DNA of 64,000 nt from the NCBI GenBank assembly GCA_963851445.1, contig CAWKPH010000001.1, positions 425,363 to 489,362 of the forward strand, in the 5' to 3' direction. The notes below the pieces were generated by a model. It saw only the letters and a list, made by a program, of their open reading frames with translations, was not told the origin of the DNA and made no database searches. Shown here piece after piece: positions 1 to 10,336 of the stretch. Every line of letters begins with the position of its first letter. Positions within the stretch are counted from its first letter, which is position 1. This DNA is from an uncultured bacterium. GTDB taxonomy: Bacteria > Patescibacteriota > Minisyncoccia > Phycocordibacterales > Phycocordibacteraceae. A program made the translations under genes and the position numbers.

Positions 1-399
1 TACCTCACCTTAATCGAACAACAAGTTATGTGTGCGCCAACGATTTGGTTCGGGATTATCCGTCCTGTTGATCAAGAATCCTACGGTCATGAATATGGTC
101 TCATTTCAGATTTCGTGCTCCATCCGAACGCAACTCGTGACGGCATTCTTGATGTACTCGATACGGTTACATGGACAATTGCGCTTCTACTTTCTTTGAT
201 TGGTGCTGCAGTGCTACTTTGGAATGCTTCAATGCGCTGGCTTTTTCTTCCCTTACTTGGCATGCTTCTTGTAACTCTTCTCATTAACTTCTGCGCTTCA
301 TGGGCACGCGTGCTCCTGCCGATGTATCCAGTGGTGTTCATCGCTATAGGCGCCGGGATTGGTTTCTTGATGCAGAAGATGCTACGAAAAAAGATATGA
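1..399 (+). CDS. C-terminal part of a polytopic membrane protein (GT-C/ArnT-like), truncated by the window edge
   Basis: Open frame from base 1; three hydrophobic helices and a 'ARVLLPMYP' motif typical of GT-C C-termini; glycan-cluster context. Confidence 0.55.
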   Translation, partial: YLTLIEQQVMCAPTIWFGIIRPVDQESYGHEYGLISDFVLHPNATRDGILDVLDTVTWTIALLLSLIGAAVLLWNASMRWLFLPLLGMLLVTLLINFCASWARVLLPMYPVVFIAIGAGIGFLMQKMLRKKI

Positions 400-1043
400 A
401 ATCAACCCCATCTCTTCTCAGACGTGCGGAACATGAAGCACTTTCCAGCGTCATGCTTTCCGGCAGCGTCCTCGATCTGGGTGGTGAGAAAAATGCCGAA
501 TATATCTGGCATATCCGAGGCGATTTCATCGTGACCGCAGTGAATATAGATCATGCTGCAAAACCTGACATAATTCATGATCTTGAAAAGCCGCTCCCAC
601 TTCCCGATGCGTCGTTTGATCACGTGCTTCTCGTTAACGTTATGGAACATGTTTTCGAATATCGCCAACTACTCAGAGAGGCGACCCGCATCCTGAAGCC
701 TGGAGGCTTGGTTATCATAGCCGTGCCATTCCTATTTCCTATACATCCCTCCCCAAACGACTACTGGCGATTTGGCAGGCAAACCCTCGAAAGAGAGTGT
801 CAAGATGCAAAGCTTATCGTCGAAAAAATAACACCACTTGGTAAAGGTGTTTTCAGCGTACGCTATGTACTACTTGACCGTCTAATGCCCAGTCCTGTGC
901 GTTTCATCTCGCACTATACGCTTCGTTATGTGGCGCTTGCTCTCGACCGGCTATTCACAATGACCGCCCACACTCTCGGCAAGCGCTATAATCCTGCAGA
1001 ATATGCGCTTGGCTATGTCGTTCAATCTCGTAAACCGGCATGA
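396..1043 (+). CDS. Class I SAM-dependent methyltransferase (Methyltransf_11-like)
   Basis: VLDLGG, SFDHV..NVMEHV, RILKPGG, PFLFPIHPSPNDYWRF; ATG at 396 overlaps the upstream stop. Confidence 0.85.
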   Translation: MKSTPSLLRRAEHEALSSVMLSGSVLDLGGEKNAEYIWHIRGDFIVTAVNIDHAAKPDIIHDLEKPLPLPDASFDHVLLVNVMEHVFEYRQLLREATRILKPGGLVIIAVPFLFPIHPSPNDYWRFGRQTLERECQDAKLIVEKITPLGKGVFSVRYVLLDRLMPSPVRFISHYTLRYVALALDRLFTMTAHTLGKRYNPAEYALGYVVQSRKPA

Positions 1044-2164
1044 GAGGTAGAAAAATAAGCCTGGTATTCGGTGTGAATGATTTCCTCATCGGGGGTATGC
1101 AACGACAATTTATCGAGCAGTTACGATTTCTCGACCGCGACCGTTTCGACGTATCACTCATCACACTTTTTGAATTTCCTGATCAGCCTGATCTTTACGA
1201 TGAGCTCCCATTACATTTAGCGGTGTATCGAATGCACTTTAAAAACGTACGGGATGTCAAGCAATGGCGAGAGCTCTATCGCTTGCTTAAGCATTTGAAG
1301 CCCGACGTTGTTATATCAAGTTTATTCTTCTCGAATACGGTCTTTAGGCTGCTGAAGCCTTTTATTGGGTACCACTCGATAGCATGCGAGCATAATACCT
1401 ACACCGAAAAGACATTCCTACAGCGTCTCACAGATAAATTGCTTGCAAATATCTCTTACCGCATTATTGCAGTTTCAAACACGGTTGCCGACTTCACCGC
1501 ACATCAAGAAGGGATCTCAAAAGATAAATTTGTGATTATACCCAACGGTATTGACGTACAAGCTTGGCAACAAGAATTCGAGAGGCTTCCCTCAAAAGAA
1601 ATAATCAGGAAAGAACTTATATTTCCTTCCGACAGCATTGTTATTCTTAATGTTGCACGTCTTATGCCACAAAAGAATCATGAGCTCCTATTGAAAGGAT
1701 TTGCTCAATTCCATAGGGGAAATCCGAAGTCCATGCTCGCGGTAGTGGGGGATGGCCCCCTGCGAAAGGAGCTGGAATCACTTACGCAGAAATTGAATAT
1801 CGAAGATTCAGTTATATTTTTTGGCATGCGCCGTGATGTTAATCGATTCTACAAAGGGAGCGATATATTTGCGCTCACTTCAGACAGAGAGGGATTCGCA
1901 CTCGTTTGTATAGAGGCAATGACTGCAGGTCTTCCAGTTATCTCAACAGTTACTGCTGGACCTGATGAATATATCGCAAATGGGGTGAATGGATTTTTAA
2001 TCCATGACGCTACAGCTACAGGTGTTGCCGACGGTATACGAGAAGTTGTTAAAGGTGATTCAGGAAAACTACGTAAAGGAGCACTCGAAACGGCGGAGCG
2101 CTATAACATTGTTTCGTCAGTCAAACTGTATGAACAATTATTCGATGACACGATACGACACTGA
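1040..2164 (+). CDS. Glycosyltransferase family 4
   Basis: GGMQR N-terminus, IIPNGID, ARL..QKN, EGFALVCIEAM (ExE motif). Confidence 0.9.
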   Translation: MRGRKISLVFGVNDFLIGGMQRQFIEQLRFLDRDRFDVSLITLFEFPDQPDLYDELPLHLAVYRMHFKNVRDVKQWRELYRLLKHLKPDVVISSLFFSNTVFRLLKPFIGYHSIACEHNTYTEKTFLQRLTDKLLANISYRIIAVSNTVADFTAHQEGISKDKFVIIPNGIDVQAWQQEFERLPSKEIIRKELIFPSDSIVILNVARLMPQKNHELLLKGFAQFHRGNPKSMLAVVGDGPLRKELESLTQKLNIEDSVIFFGMRRDVNRFYKGSDIFALTSDREGFALVCIEAMTAGLPVISTVTAGPDEYIANGVNGFLIHDATATGVADGIREVVKGDSGKLRKGALETAERYNIVSSVKLYEQLFDDTIRH

Positions 2165-2247
2165 TTCTGTATGGTGGAGAAGTTCTGTCTCATATCTTTT
2201 CTTTTCATACCGCACCCGTATACTGTCCGCAAGCTAATCGATTTTGT

Positions 2248-3411
2248 ATGTCCGCCTCTATTGTCACCTTTGCGAATCTCGGAAAAAAGAGAAACCTTAA
2301 GACCGCAGATATCGTGCCGGTAATAGAAGCACTTGCGAATTCGAATGAACTGCAGCAAGTTATATGCCAGATCAATAAAGATTTTCCATTTCGTAGCACC
2401 TCACCAGCTTTCCCATTAATAGTCCGCCTTGGCATGGGTGCCTTGAGAAGGATTCCAGGACTTTCACCATCACGTCAAATGCTTGAGCGAGTGTTCGATT
2501 TTTTTGCGGCGCGTAAACTAATAGCTGTAGACGCTACATTTCTACACGGAGGGTATTTTTTATCAAGAACGACACAAAGAGCTCATGAGCTCGGGTCTAT
2601 TTCAATAGATATGGCAGTGTCAGCTCATCTGAAGACGAATGCTATGTTTGAAAAGGAAGAATTCACGCATCTAGGTTTCCCTAACTACGAGGGTCTCTAC
2701 ACGCGGCTTGTGCGTGAGTCTCACCAGGCTCATGAGTTTGATTATGTTATTGCGATGTCGAGTTTCGTAAAGGATTCATATGTGGCAGCTGGATTTCCTG
2801 TGGAGAAAATATTTATCGCGCAGCCCGACATCGATATAAGTCGTTTCCACGTCTCTTCCAAGAAGCAGGAAACATCTTTTCGCATCCTCTACATGGCCCA
2901 TACTCAGCCACTCAAGGGACTGCATTACCTCCTTGATGCATGGGAAACTTCGAATATCTTAAACGCGGAACTGGTTATTGTGGGAGGGTTCTCCGATATG
3001 CCTGACATCCTTAAGGCACGTTACATGAATCGCATAGAGAGTGATTCACGGATCACTTTGATTCCTTCCACTGAGACGCCCGAAAAGTATTATCAGGAGG
3101 CCTCGGTACTCGTTCTCCCTTCACTCTCTGAAGGTTTTGGCAGAGTAACGCTCGAAGCCATGGCGTCAGGTCTTCCTGTCATCACGACCAACAATGCAGC
3201 CGGCATTGTGGAAGAGCGTCAAACTGGCTTCATCGTACCAATTCGAGATGCTGCAACGCTTGCGGAAAAGATACAATATATTTATGAACATCGGGAAGAA
3301 GGTGAATCAATGGGGAAAAAGGCGCGACTTGCGGTCGAACGGAAAAAGCCCTTTGGTGAATTGGTGTACGGCATCTACCAAGAAATTCTTAGACGAGAGC
3401 ACAAAATATGA
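2248..3411 (+). CDS. Glycosyltransferase family 4
   Basis: KGLHYLLDAW, LPSLSEGFGRVTLEAMASGLPVI. Confidence 0.9.
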   Translation: MSASIVTFANLGKKRNLKTADIVPVIEALANSNELQQVICQINKDFPFRSTSPAFPLIVRLGMGALRRIPGLSPSRQMLERVFDFFAARKLIAVDATFLHGGYFLSRTTQRAHELGSISIDMAVSAHLKTNAMFEKEEFTHLGFPNYEGLYTRLVRESHQAHEFDYVIAMSSFVKDSYVAAGFPVEKIFIAQPDIDISRFHVSSKKQETSFRILYMAHTQPLKGLHYLLDAWETSNILNAELVIVGGFSDMPDILKARYMNRIESDSRITLIPSTETPEKYYQEASVLVLPSLSEGFGRVTLEAMASGLPVITTNNAAGIVEERQTGFIVPIRDAATLAEKIQYIYEHREEGESMGKKARLAVERKKPFGELVYGIYQEILRREHKI

Positions 3412-4187
3412 AATTTGTAATTCGAGATGATGATCTGAATTATTTCAGCAAGCCAGCCGACATTGAGCGGTGGTATTCGGACATATTCGCGCAGGGCATA
3501 CCAGTCGGATTTTCAGCAATTCCGTTTGTTAAACCGATAAGTGATGTATACACAAACGACGCGCCAAGAGAGGATAGAGAATATCCAATCAGTCAAAACA
3601 CTGAGCTCGTGACGTATGTTAGGGGGAATCCGCTTATTGAAATACTCCAGCATGGGACAACCCATGAGACGAGGAAGGGAGTCTTCGAATATGCTGGACA
3701 GGTGCCCCCAAGAGAAGCGAAGCGTGGCAGGGAAGAGCTCGAGCATGCCTTCGGTACGTCCGTCGACATTTTCGTTCCGCCACACGACTGGCTTGGAACG
3801 AGTGGCGTCCATGCCGTTGAGGCTGCAGGTATGAACGTCATCCGCGGCCGCGGCGCCGGCTTACGGAATTGGATATTTCGTCCGCACTATATCCTGAATT
3901 TTTTCAGGATGCTCACCTACAAAACTTGGCATTCCTTGACTGGCAAAGTCCCCGCCTATCCGTACATACTTGATTTTGGTCGGCATGAAGAAGCATGTTC
4001 GTATCGGCTTGAGGATACGGACTTATTTGAAGGACTTACATACGCACAAAAAAAGAAGGGTATCTTTGTTGTCGTGACCCATCTACATTATTTTGACGAC
4101 GAGAAGAAAGATCGTCTCAAGCGCCTGCTCACGAACGCTCATAAACTCGACGCTCAATTCGTTTCCCCAAGCGTACTTTTTAGTTAA
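3408..4187 (+). CDS. Polysaccharide deacetylase-like protein (DUF2334-like)
   Basis: IRDDD, EILQHGTTH and FVPPH motifs of the CE4/NodB fold. Confidence 0.75.
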   Translation: MKFVIRDDDLNYFSKPADIERWYSDIFAQGIPVGFSAIPFVKPISDVYTNDAPREDREYPISQNTELVTYVRGNPLIEILQHGTTHETRKGVFEYAGQVPPREAKRGREELEHAFGTSVDIFVPPHDWLGTSGVHAVEAAGMNVIRGRGAGLRNWIFRPHYILNFFRMLTYKTWHSLTGKVPAYPYILDFGRHEEACSYRLEDTDLFEGLTYAQKKKGIFVVVTHLHYFDDEKKDRLKRLLTNAHKLDAQFVSPSVLFS

Positions 4188-4195
4188 ACTCGGGG

Positions 4196-5164
4196 CTAGC
4201 TGCTTCCTGTAGAACGCTTCGAATACAGTGAAGACACAATATATAATGGCCGATCTTGTACCTCGGTATAGATTCTCCCGATATAGGTTCCTAAAATACC
4301 GAGCACTATCATCTGCACACCTCCCATAAAGAGTATTGAGATAATGATTGTAGTTGTCCCTTCTATAATCTGTGCAGGATGAAATAACTTTATATATAGA
4401 ACGTACAGGATCCCGGCTGCGCTAACTAAGGATATCATCGCACCAATCTGGGCGATGAGCCTGAGTGGCATCGTCGAGAAACTTGTAACCCCATCAACGG
4501 CGAGTCTAAGCATTTTGCCAAGCGAGTAGCCAGTTTTACCAGCGAATCGTGCCTCACGGTCGTAGAGCACCGCTGTTTGTTTGAATCCAACATATGCAAC
4601 CAAGCCGCGCATAAAACGATTTTTTTCTTTAAATCGGCCGATGGTATCAATTACTTTACGATCGAGGAGTCGGAAATCCCCAGTGTCTCTTGGTATTTTG
4701 ATTTCCGCTAGATGATCAAGTAAGCGATAGAAAAGATACGCAGTATGTTTTTTAAAAGCACTATCCTGCCGTGTGCGTCTACGCGCATACACAACATCAG
4801 AACCCTCCTCCCACTCGCGCACCAATTCAAGGCTCACTGCCGGGGGATCTTGAAGGTCAGCATCCATAATCACTACTGCATCTCCCCGAACAAAATCGAG
4901 ACCTGCGGTTATTGCCCACTGATGTCCAAAGTTACGCGAGAAGTTCAACACGTGCACGCGAGAGTCGCGATGATGTATTGCGATGAGCTTCTCAAGTGTT
5001 CCATCAGTGCTCCCGTCGTTAACAAAAACGATTTCCACTTCGTATTTCTTTTCCAGTGTTGCTAAGACGGGGTGGAGTGCAGCAAATAATGCGTCTACCG
5101 ATCCTGCCTCGTTATAGCAGGGGATAACGTAAGAAATACGTTTCTTTTGAGAGAGTAAGGCCAT
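4196..5164 (-). CDS. GT2 bactoprenol glycosyltransferase (GtrB-like)
   Basis: VIPCYNE, VNDGSTD, FSRNFGHQ, MDADLQDPP, TGDFRL, two C-terminal TM helices, RPLYIV. Confidence 0.92.
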   Translation of the reverse strand: MALLSQKKRISYVIPCYNEAGSVDALFAALHPVLATLEKKYEVEIVFVNDGSTDGTLEKLIAIHHRDSRVHVLNFSRNFGHQWAITAGLDFVRGDAVVIMDADLQDPPAVSLELVREWEEGSDVVYARRRTRQDSAFKKHTAYLFYRLLDHLAEIKIPRDTGDFRLLDRKVIDTIGRFKEKNRFMRGLVAYVGFKQTAVLYDREARFAGKTGYSLGKMLRLAVDGVTSFSTMPLRLIAQIGAMISLVSAAGILYVLYIKLFHPAQIIEGTTTIIISILFMGGVQMIVLGILGTYIGRIYTEVQDRPLYIVSSLYSKRSTGSS

Positions 5165-5225
5165 GAATCTATAGTAACTCGTTCATGCTACACTTCCCTC
5201 ATTCCTGTGCAAGTCGCAGAATCCT

Positions 5226-6392
5226 ATGGAGCAAAGCATTTTCGATTTACATAAAACCATCGAATCGTCATGGTGGTATCGTGGTCGTATTCAGGCTGTT
5301 CTCGCTGCCGTAGGGTATACCCCAGCACCCGAAACCCTGTCAGCTATTGATTACGGAGCTGGATACGGCGGAATGGAGGGCACATGTGAGCATTTTGCAA
5401 AGACTGTCGATGCATTCGAACCCAATGAAGAGGCACGCTCGTTCGCTTCGAAGCGCGGCTATCGAAAGACATTCTCCGAGGGACAGGATGCCCTTAAGGG
5501 ACACCATGATTACATATGTCTCTTTGACGTGCTTGAACACATTGAGGATGATGGAAATTTCCTCGAACTTGCCAAACATACTCTCGAGCCCTCGGGACGT
5601 CTCGTAGTAACGGTACCGGCATATATGTCGTTATGGAGCGAGCACGACGTGGCAAACCATCACTATCGCCGCTATACGAAAGATTCACTTTGTGAATTAC
5701 TTGTTGCTCATGGATATGTCATAGAATATGCAAGCTATTGGAACTGCCTACTCCTTATTCCTGCTGCACTCATGAGGCTTGTCGGCAAGTCGGGCAAAGA
5801 AGGTCTTACGCCACCTTCTTTCATAAATGCACTCCTCTATAGACTTGTGTATATTGAAGCGGCCATACTTCGGCATACGCCACTTCCGTTTGGCTTAAGC
5901 ATTGTTGCAGTTGCGCACGTAGGAGCTGCGAAGCCTGCCGTCCCCAGGCTTATAGCGAAGCTCGGTTTTCTCATGCGATACGGCATTTCAGGCCTGATTG
6001 GTGGGGCAATTCAAACGGTGTTCCTGTATATATGGGTTTCTGCGCTTGGATTTAGCCGTACCTACTTTCTCGGTCTTGTATTTGGATTTGTGATTGCGCT
6101 TGTCGTGAACTTCATACTTCAGAAATACTGGACGTTCCGCGATCGGCAAACACATCACACATCGAGGCAATTTCTTTTATATGGGGCGATCGCACTTGCG
6201 GGGCTTGCGCTTAATATTGGGCTTCTTGCTGGAGCGAGAATACTACTCGAATCGCTCGGAGTTAATTTCTTCAATGGTTGGTATCTCGTCGTTCAGATTC
6301 TTAATTTCTGCATTGTCTCGGCCTTCACTCTCTGTATGAATTTTCTCTTTACCTTTCGTGACGTGCGGCGAACACATTCCTATGAAAAATAA
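5226..6392 (+). CDS. SAM methyltransferase fused to a C-terminal GtrA-family domain
   Basis: WWYRGR, DYGAGYG, FDVLEHI, WSEHD..NHHYRRY; then RYGISG..NFILQKYWTF..QFLLY..NFLFTF (GtrA 4-TM pattern). Confidence 0.85.
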   Translation: MEQSIFDLHKTIESSWWYRGRIQAVLAAVGYTPAPETLSAIDYGAGYGGMEGTCEHFAKTVDAFEPNEEARSFASKRGYRKTFSEGQDALKGHHDYICLFDVLEHIEDDGNFLELAKHTLEPSGRLVVTVPAYMSLWSEHDVANHHYRRYTKDSLCELLVAHGYVIEYASYWNCLLLIPAALMRLVGKSGKEGLTPPSFINALLYRLVYIEAAILRHTPLPFGLSIVAVAHVGAAKPAVPRLIAKLGFLMRYGISGLIGGAIQTVFLYIWVSALGFSRTYFLGLVFGFVIALVVNFILQKYWTFRDRQTHHTSRQFLLYGAIALAGLALNIGLLAGARILLESLGVNFFNGWYLVVQILNFCIVSAFTLCMNFLFTFRDVRRTHSYEK

Positions 6393-7287
6393 TTCCGAGA
6401 ATCCAGATCTAGTCATTGTCCTTCCAACAAAAGACCGTCGGACACTGCTTGAGCGTGCGCTCGGGAGTGTGCGGGAGCAGTCATATCAGAATTATCGCGT
6501 TGTGATCATTAATGACGGTTCGAATGATAGTACACGCCAGTATCTAGATACACTTGCGGATTTGCACGTACAGGTCATTCATCATGAAAAAGCACGAGGC
6601 GTAAACGCCGCCCGGAATGCCGCATTCAAGACTCTTAAAGAAGGCGAATGGGCTGTACAGCTTGATGATGACGACATGCTCCTACCAAACGCACTTATGA
6701 CCACTGCTAACGTAATCGCAAAAAGCCCACCACACATACAAGTTCTCTGCTTTAACGCAATTACCCGTACCCCGGAAGAGGAGTATGTAAGTGGTCTTCA
6801 ATTCGAGAGAGGAGAAGAGTGGTTCGACCCCACATACGAAAATCTCATGCTCGGCATCCGTACGCGAGGAGACACGCGCATGGTTTTAAAATGGACGCTT
6901 TTCCCAAAATACCTGTTTGCCGAGGACATCAATGGATTTGAGGGCGAGTGGTGGTTGTTGTTGGGACATGATGGTATCGGCATTAGATACCTCCCAGAAC
7001 AAACTACCTTGATAGATCAAGCCCATGGAAGTGAACAATTAAGCAATGTAGCCGGTAGACGAGATCCGGCATCGTTTGTACGGGCATATCGTCGCATTTT
7101 CCATACACACGCAAAATTCTTTAGATCGCATCCTCGCCAATCAATGCCAAGTGCCATGAGCGCCACGAAGTTCGCAATTCGCGCTGTAGATATTTCTGCA
7201 GCCCTATACTTTTTCCTCCTCTATATTCGCGGATTCCTCAAACTCCATCTTGGGACTAAGAGGCCTAAAGAAGAGAAAAAGCGTTAG
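6382..7287 (+). CDS. Glycosyltransferase family 2
   Basis: IVLPTKDR, INDGSND, GVNAARN, LDDDD. Confidence 0.88.
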   Translation: MKNNSENPDLVIVLPTKDRRTLLERALGSVREQSYQNYRVVIINDGSNDSTRQYLDTLADLHVQVIHHEKARGVNAARNAAFKTLKEGEWAVQLDDDDMLLPNALMTTANVIAKSPPHIQVLCFNAITRTPEEEYVSGLQFERGEEWFDPTYENLMLGIRTRGDTRMVLKWTLFPKYLFAEDINGFEGEWWLLLGHDGIGIRYLPEQTTLIDQAHGSEQLSNVAGRRDPASFVRAYRRIFHTHAKFFRSHPRQSMPSAMSATKFAIRAVDISAALYFFLLYIRGFLKLHLGTKRPKEEKKR

Positions 7288-8508
7288 GAGGATTGTAACA
7301 AAACTTGTAATGAGTTGTGCGGCAATCATTCCAGGGATGCCATACCTAATCAAGAGCGGTACTTGTAAGAGAATAAGCAACACAGGCTGGGAGAATCCGA
7401 TAACGTATATTTCTCGGGTAAAACGCTTTGCGTAGAGTAAAGAATTTATGACGTTCGTGATCGCAATAAGTGCAATAATAGCTGCAAAAGCCTGCGTATA
7501 CGGTATTGCAGAAAGATATTTAGGAAAAAGGAGGTGAAAAATAATAGGCGCAATAAGGGCGTAAGCCAATGCTGCGAAAATTCCAAATATGGCTATCCTC
7601 CAGACCTTTTCGAGAATATGCTTACGTAAATTGGAAAGCGACTGGTTGGCAAAACGCGGAAGGGAAGCGGTACCTATAAAATTGAAAAGACTGCCTGCTC
7701 GTTCCGGGAGTAACGTCGCAAAGCTGTAAACTGCAAGCTGGATCGAGCCAAGGAAGTGGAAGACCAGTATGGAATCGAGTTGATTCAAAAGACCAACCGC
7801 GCTAAGAACACTTAAATGTCGTCCGTATGGAATCGTTTTTGGATCAATCTTGGCGTTCGGCTTATAAAGATCGAGCGTTTTAAAGTACGCATACAAAGTA
7901 CCGATCAAGTTGACCCCAAGATTCACGATGATAAGCACAGCGGCGTCTTTAGCAAAAAGAATAGCGAGAAACATTGAGCCATACGATGCAACCGTGATAA
8001 GTGAACCGAGATAAAAGCCCCGCCTGAAATCACGTTTGCCTTCGAGAAGTGCGGCATAGGTGTTAAAGACATTCACCAGTGGCGTTAGAATCCCGATTGC
8101 TATAAGGCCAATCCCGATGTCAGTAACGCCGTGCGCGAAATAGTAAAAAGCAACGGCAAGAACAAGTAGTCCAGGGATAGGCATCCACTCCAATTGCGCC
8201 CGAACAGCTTTGCGCAGCACGCCCTCGTAACCGCGCGCAACTGCCTGGGCCACAGCGCTATTCATGCCCGGGAGAGATATTGACGCTACGAGGCCCGAGA
8301 TCGAAAGGAGATACTGATAAAGTCCATACGTTGCGGGCGGTAGCAGGTTTGCGTAGGCGATGGAGAGTAAAAACGAAAGAAATGCTGTAATAATAACGCC
8401 AAGATTTAGCCACCACCCAGCCCGTATGAGATACACCATGTCGGTCTTGGTATACCGCTCTGTCCAGCGCAGGAAGCGCGTCAAAATCTCCTGTCCCTGC
8501 TCTTGCAT
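7204..8508 (-). CDS. Oligosaccharide flippase (Wzx/MOP family)
   Basis: About 12 hydrophobic helices, 'ANLLPPATYGLYQY', glycan-cluster context; overlaps the convergent GT2 by 84 bp. Confidence 0.85.
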   Translation of the reverse strand: MQEQGQEILTRFLRWTERYTKTDMVYLIRAGWWLNLGVIITAFLSFLLSIAYANLLPPATYGLYQYLLSISGLVASISLPGMNSAVAQAVARGYEGVLRKAVRAQLEWMPIPGLLVLAVAFYYFAHGVTDIGIGLIAIGILTPLVNVFNTYAALLEGKRDFRRGFYLGSLITVASYGSMFLAILFAKDAAVLIIVNLGVNLIGTLYAYFKTLDLYKPNAKIDPKTIPYGRHLSVLSAVGLLNQLDSILVFHFLGSIQLAVYSFATLLPERAGSLFNFIGTASLPRFANQSLSNLRKHILEKVWRIAIFGIFAALAYALIAPIIFHLLFPKYLSAIPYTQAFAAIIALIAITNVINSLLYAKRFTREIYVIGFSQPVLLILLQVPLLIRYGIPGMIAAQLITSFVTILLTLFLFFRPLSPKMEFEESANIEEEKV

Positions 8509-8550
8509 AGAGTCATAATACTACTTCGTTATACTATAGGTACGAAGTAT

Positions 8551-9663
8551 ATGAAAAAACCCCTGAGGATCCTAGTTGCGCTCATTGGCGCTATTGGCGA
8601 TTCTCTCATGACCTTGGCGCTCTTCGATGACGTATTGTCGGTAGAAAAAGATGCTAAATTTCTCGTCATTACTCGACGGAACACAAAACTCATTGCAGAT
8701 CTTGCGCGTGCGTACCCCCAAGTGGAAGTGCGAGAGATAGCCGGTAATTTAAGATCCATACCTCTCTACCTATATGTGTTCACGAAACGATGGACTCTTC
8801 TTGCTCTCGGTGTAGCTCTCCACTATTCGTTCCAAATAAAATGTTTCTTTTTTGCACTAGGAATATCGGGTAACCGCACCGTAGGGCTTGATGATCGGCT
8901 ACACGGCGAACGGCATTGGTTGCCGCTTCAGGTAGCTGTTATGCCAAAGGAAAAGCTTATTATCGGAAATTTCCGACGGCTTCTCCAATACGTAGATGGT
9001 TTCAGCGAAACGACGGTTAACGAATTGATGAAGCGTCCGCCGCTCCTACGGATTGAGACGAGTATGCCAAAAGAGTTCCAATATGAAAAAGGCAGATACT
9101 TTGTCGTACATCTTTTTGGTAATGCACGATATCGTTCGTTCCCGATACATCGATGGATATCTCTACTGGGTATTCTTTCCCACGCATACCCAACGCTCCC
9201 GATTATATTTACTGGTTCTGAAAAAGACCGTGTTTTTGTTCAAGAAGTTGCGGATGCAATACCTAACGCGCATGTCTTTATCGATTACCCGATACTCGAA
9301 GTAGCATGGCTTGTCGATAATGCGGTGCTATATATCGGTGTCGATACAGGCATTACTCATTTGGCAGGAGTGTTAAATAAGAAAAGTCTTATTCTTGGCC
9401 ATTTGGGTGAAACACGCTGGCTTGCTTTGTACAACCCAAATGCGCGCATACTCGTTAATTCTGTCCGTTGCATATGTTCTGAAGGTAGATGTTATGAAGT
9501 CGAGAATGGAATCGAGTATCGACGCTGCCTCTATGACATTTCCGATGAGGCATTTTTTTCTTCAGTAACGTTGGCTCTTTCGTCACCCCAAAATTCAATA
9601 CCCTTATTCGCGGGTCTCTTTGATGAAAACCGAACCAACTCACTTCCGTCAAGTTTTGTCTAG
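8551..9663 (+). CDS. Glycosyltransferase family 9 (heptosyltransferase-like)
   Basis: AIGDSLM, VVHLFG..RSFP..RW, YIGVDTGITHLA. Confidence 0.85.
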   Translation: MKKPLRILVALIGAIGDSLMTLALFDDVLSVEKDAKFLVITRRNTKLIADLARAYPQVEVREIAGNLRSIPLYLYVFTKRWTLLALGVALHYSFQIKCFFFALGISGNRTVGLDDRLHGERHWLPLQVAVMPKEKLIIGNFRRLLQYVDGFSETTVNELMKRPPLLRIETSMPKEFQYEKGRYFVVHLFGNARYRSFPIHRWISLLGILSHAYPTLPIIFTGSEKDRVFVQEVADAIPNAHVFIDYPILEVAWLVDNAVLYIGVDTGITHLAGVLNKKSLILGHLGETRWLALYNPNARILVNSVRCICSEGRCYEVENGIEYRRCLYDISDEAFFSSVTLALSSPQNSIPLFAGLFDENRTNSLPSSFV

Positions 9664-9684
9664 GATGCTATACTAGCCCCAATT

Positions 9685-10275
9685 ATGGCTGAACTGCTCG
9701 CACCTCAGATTTATGAGCTCAAAGGTTTTACCGATAATATTCTCCCTGGAAAGTTGCTTGATGTTGGTTGCGGTATGCGTAAACTTCCGGGAGCCATGGG
9801 TATGGATATAATTCCTCTTCCAACGGTTGATATCGTACACGATATGAATAAAATCCCTTGGCCTATTGAGGACAACACATTTGACCTCATTCTCCTTAAT
9901 CATGCCCTTGAACATGTAGCGGACGTCGTGCAGACCATGAACGAAATCCATCGAGTTTGTAAGGCAGATGGTAGGGTAGTCGTACAAGTCCCATATTTTC
10001 GGTCAGTAGACGCTTATACTGACCCAACGCATATTCATTTCTTCACTTCCGATACTCTTGAGTGTTTTGTTGCTCAGACCAGTCACACTAAGTATCATTA
10101 TACGAATGCCTATTTCCATAAGGTCGGCTTTTGGTTTGGCTATCCACAATCTTCGCAAAATCCTTTGAAGCGATTGGTAAAATCCTTTATGTATAAGCAT
10201 CCGCGCCTGTACGACCAGTACCTTTCGCTCATTGCGCCCATGAGCTGCCTCACTTGGGAGCTTCAGAAGATCTGA
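9685..10275 (+). CDS. Class I SAM-dependent methyltransferase
   Basis: LDVGCG, HALEHV, EIHRVCK, DPTH. Confidence 0.85.
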   Translation: MAELLAPQIYELKGFTDNILPGKLLDVGCGMRKLPGAMGMDIIPLPTVDIVHDMNKIPWPIEDNTFDLILLNHALEHVADVVQTMNEIHRVCKADGRVVVQVPYFRSVDAYTDPTHIHFFTSDTLECFVAQTSHTKYHYTNAYFHKVGFWFGYPQSSQNPLKRLVKSFMYKHPRLYDQYLSLIAPMSCLTWELQKI

Positions 10276-10336
10276 TCATTTTGCATACAAGACATTTCTG
10301 TCATATCACTTAAGATGCTATATACTTACAATCATT

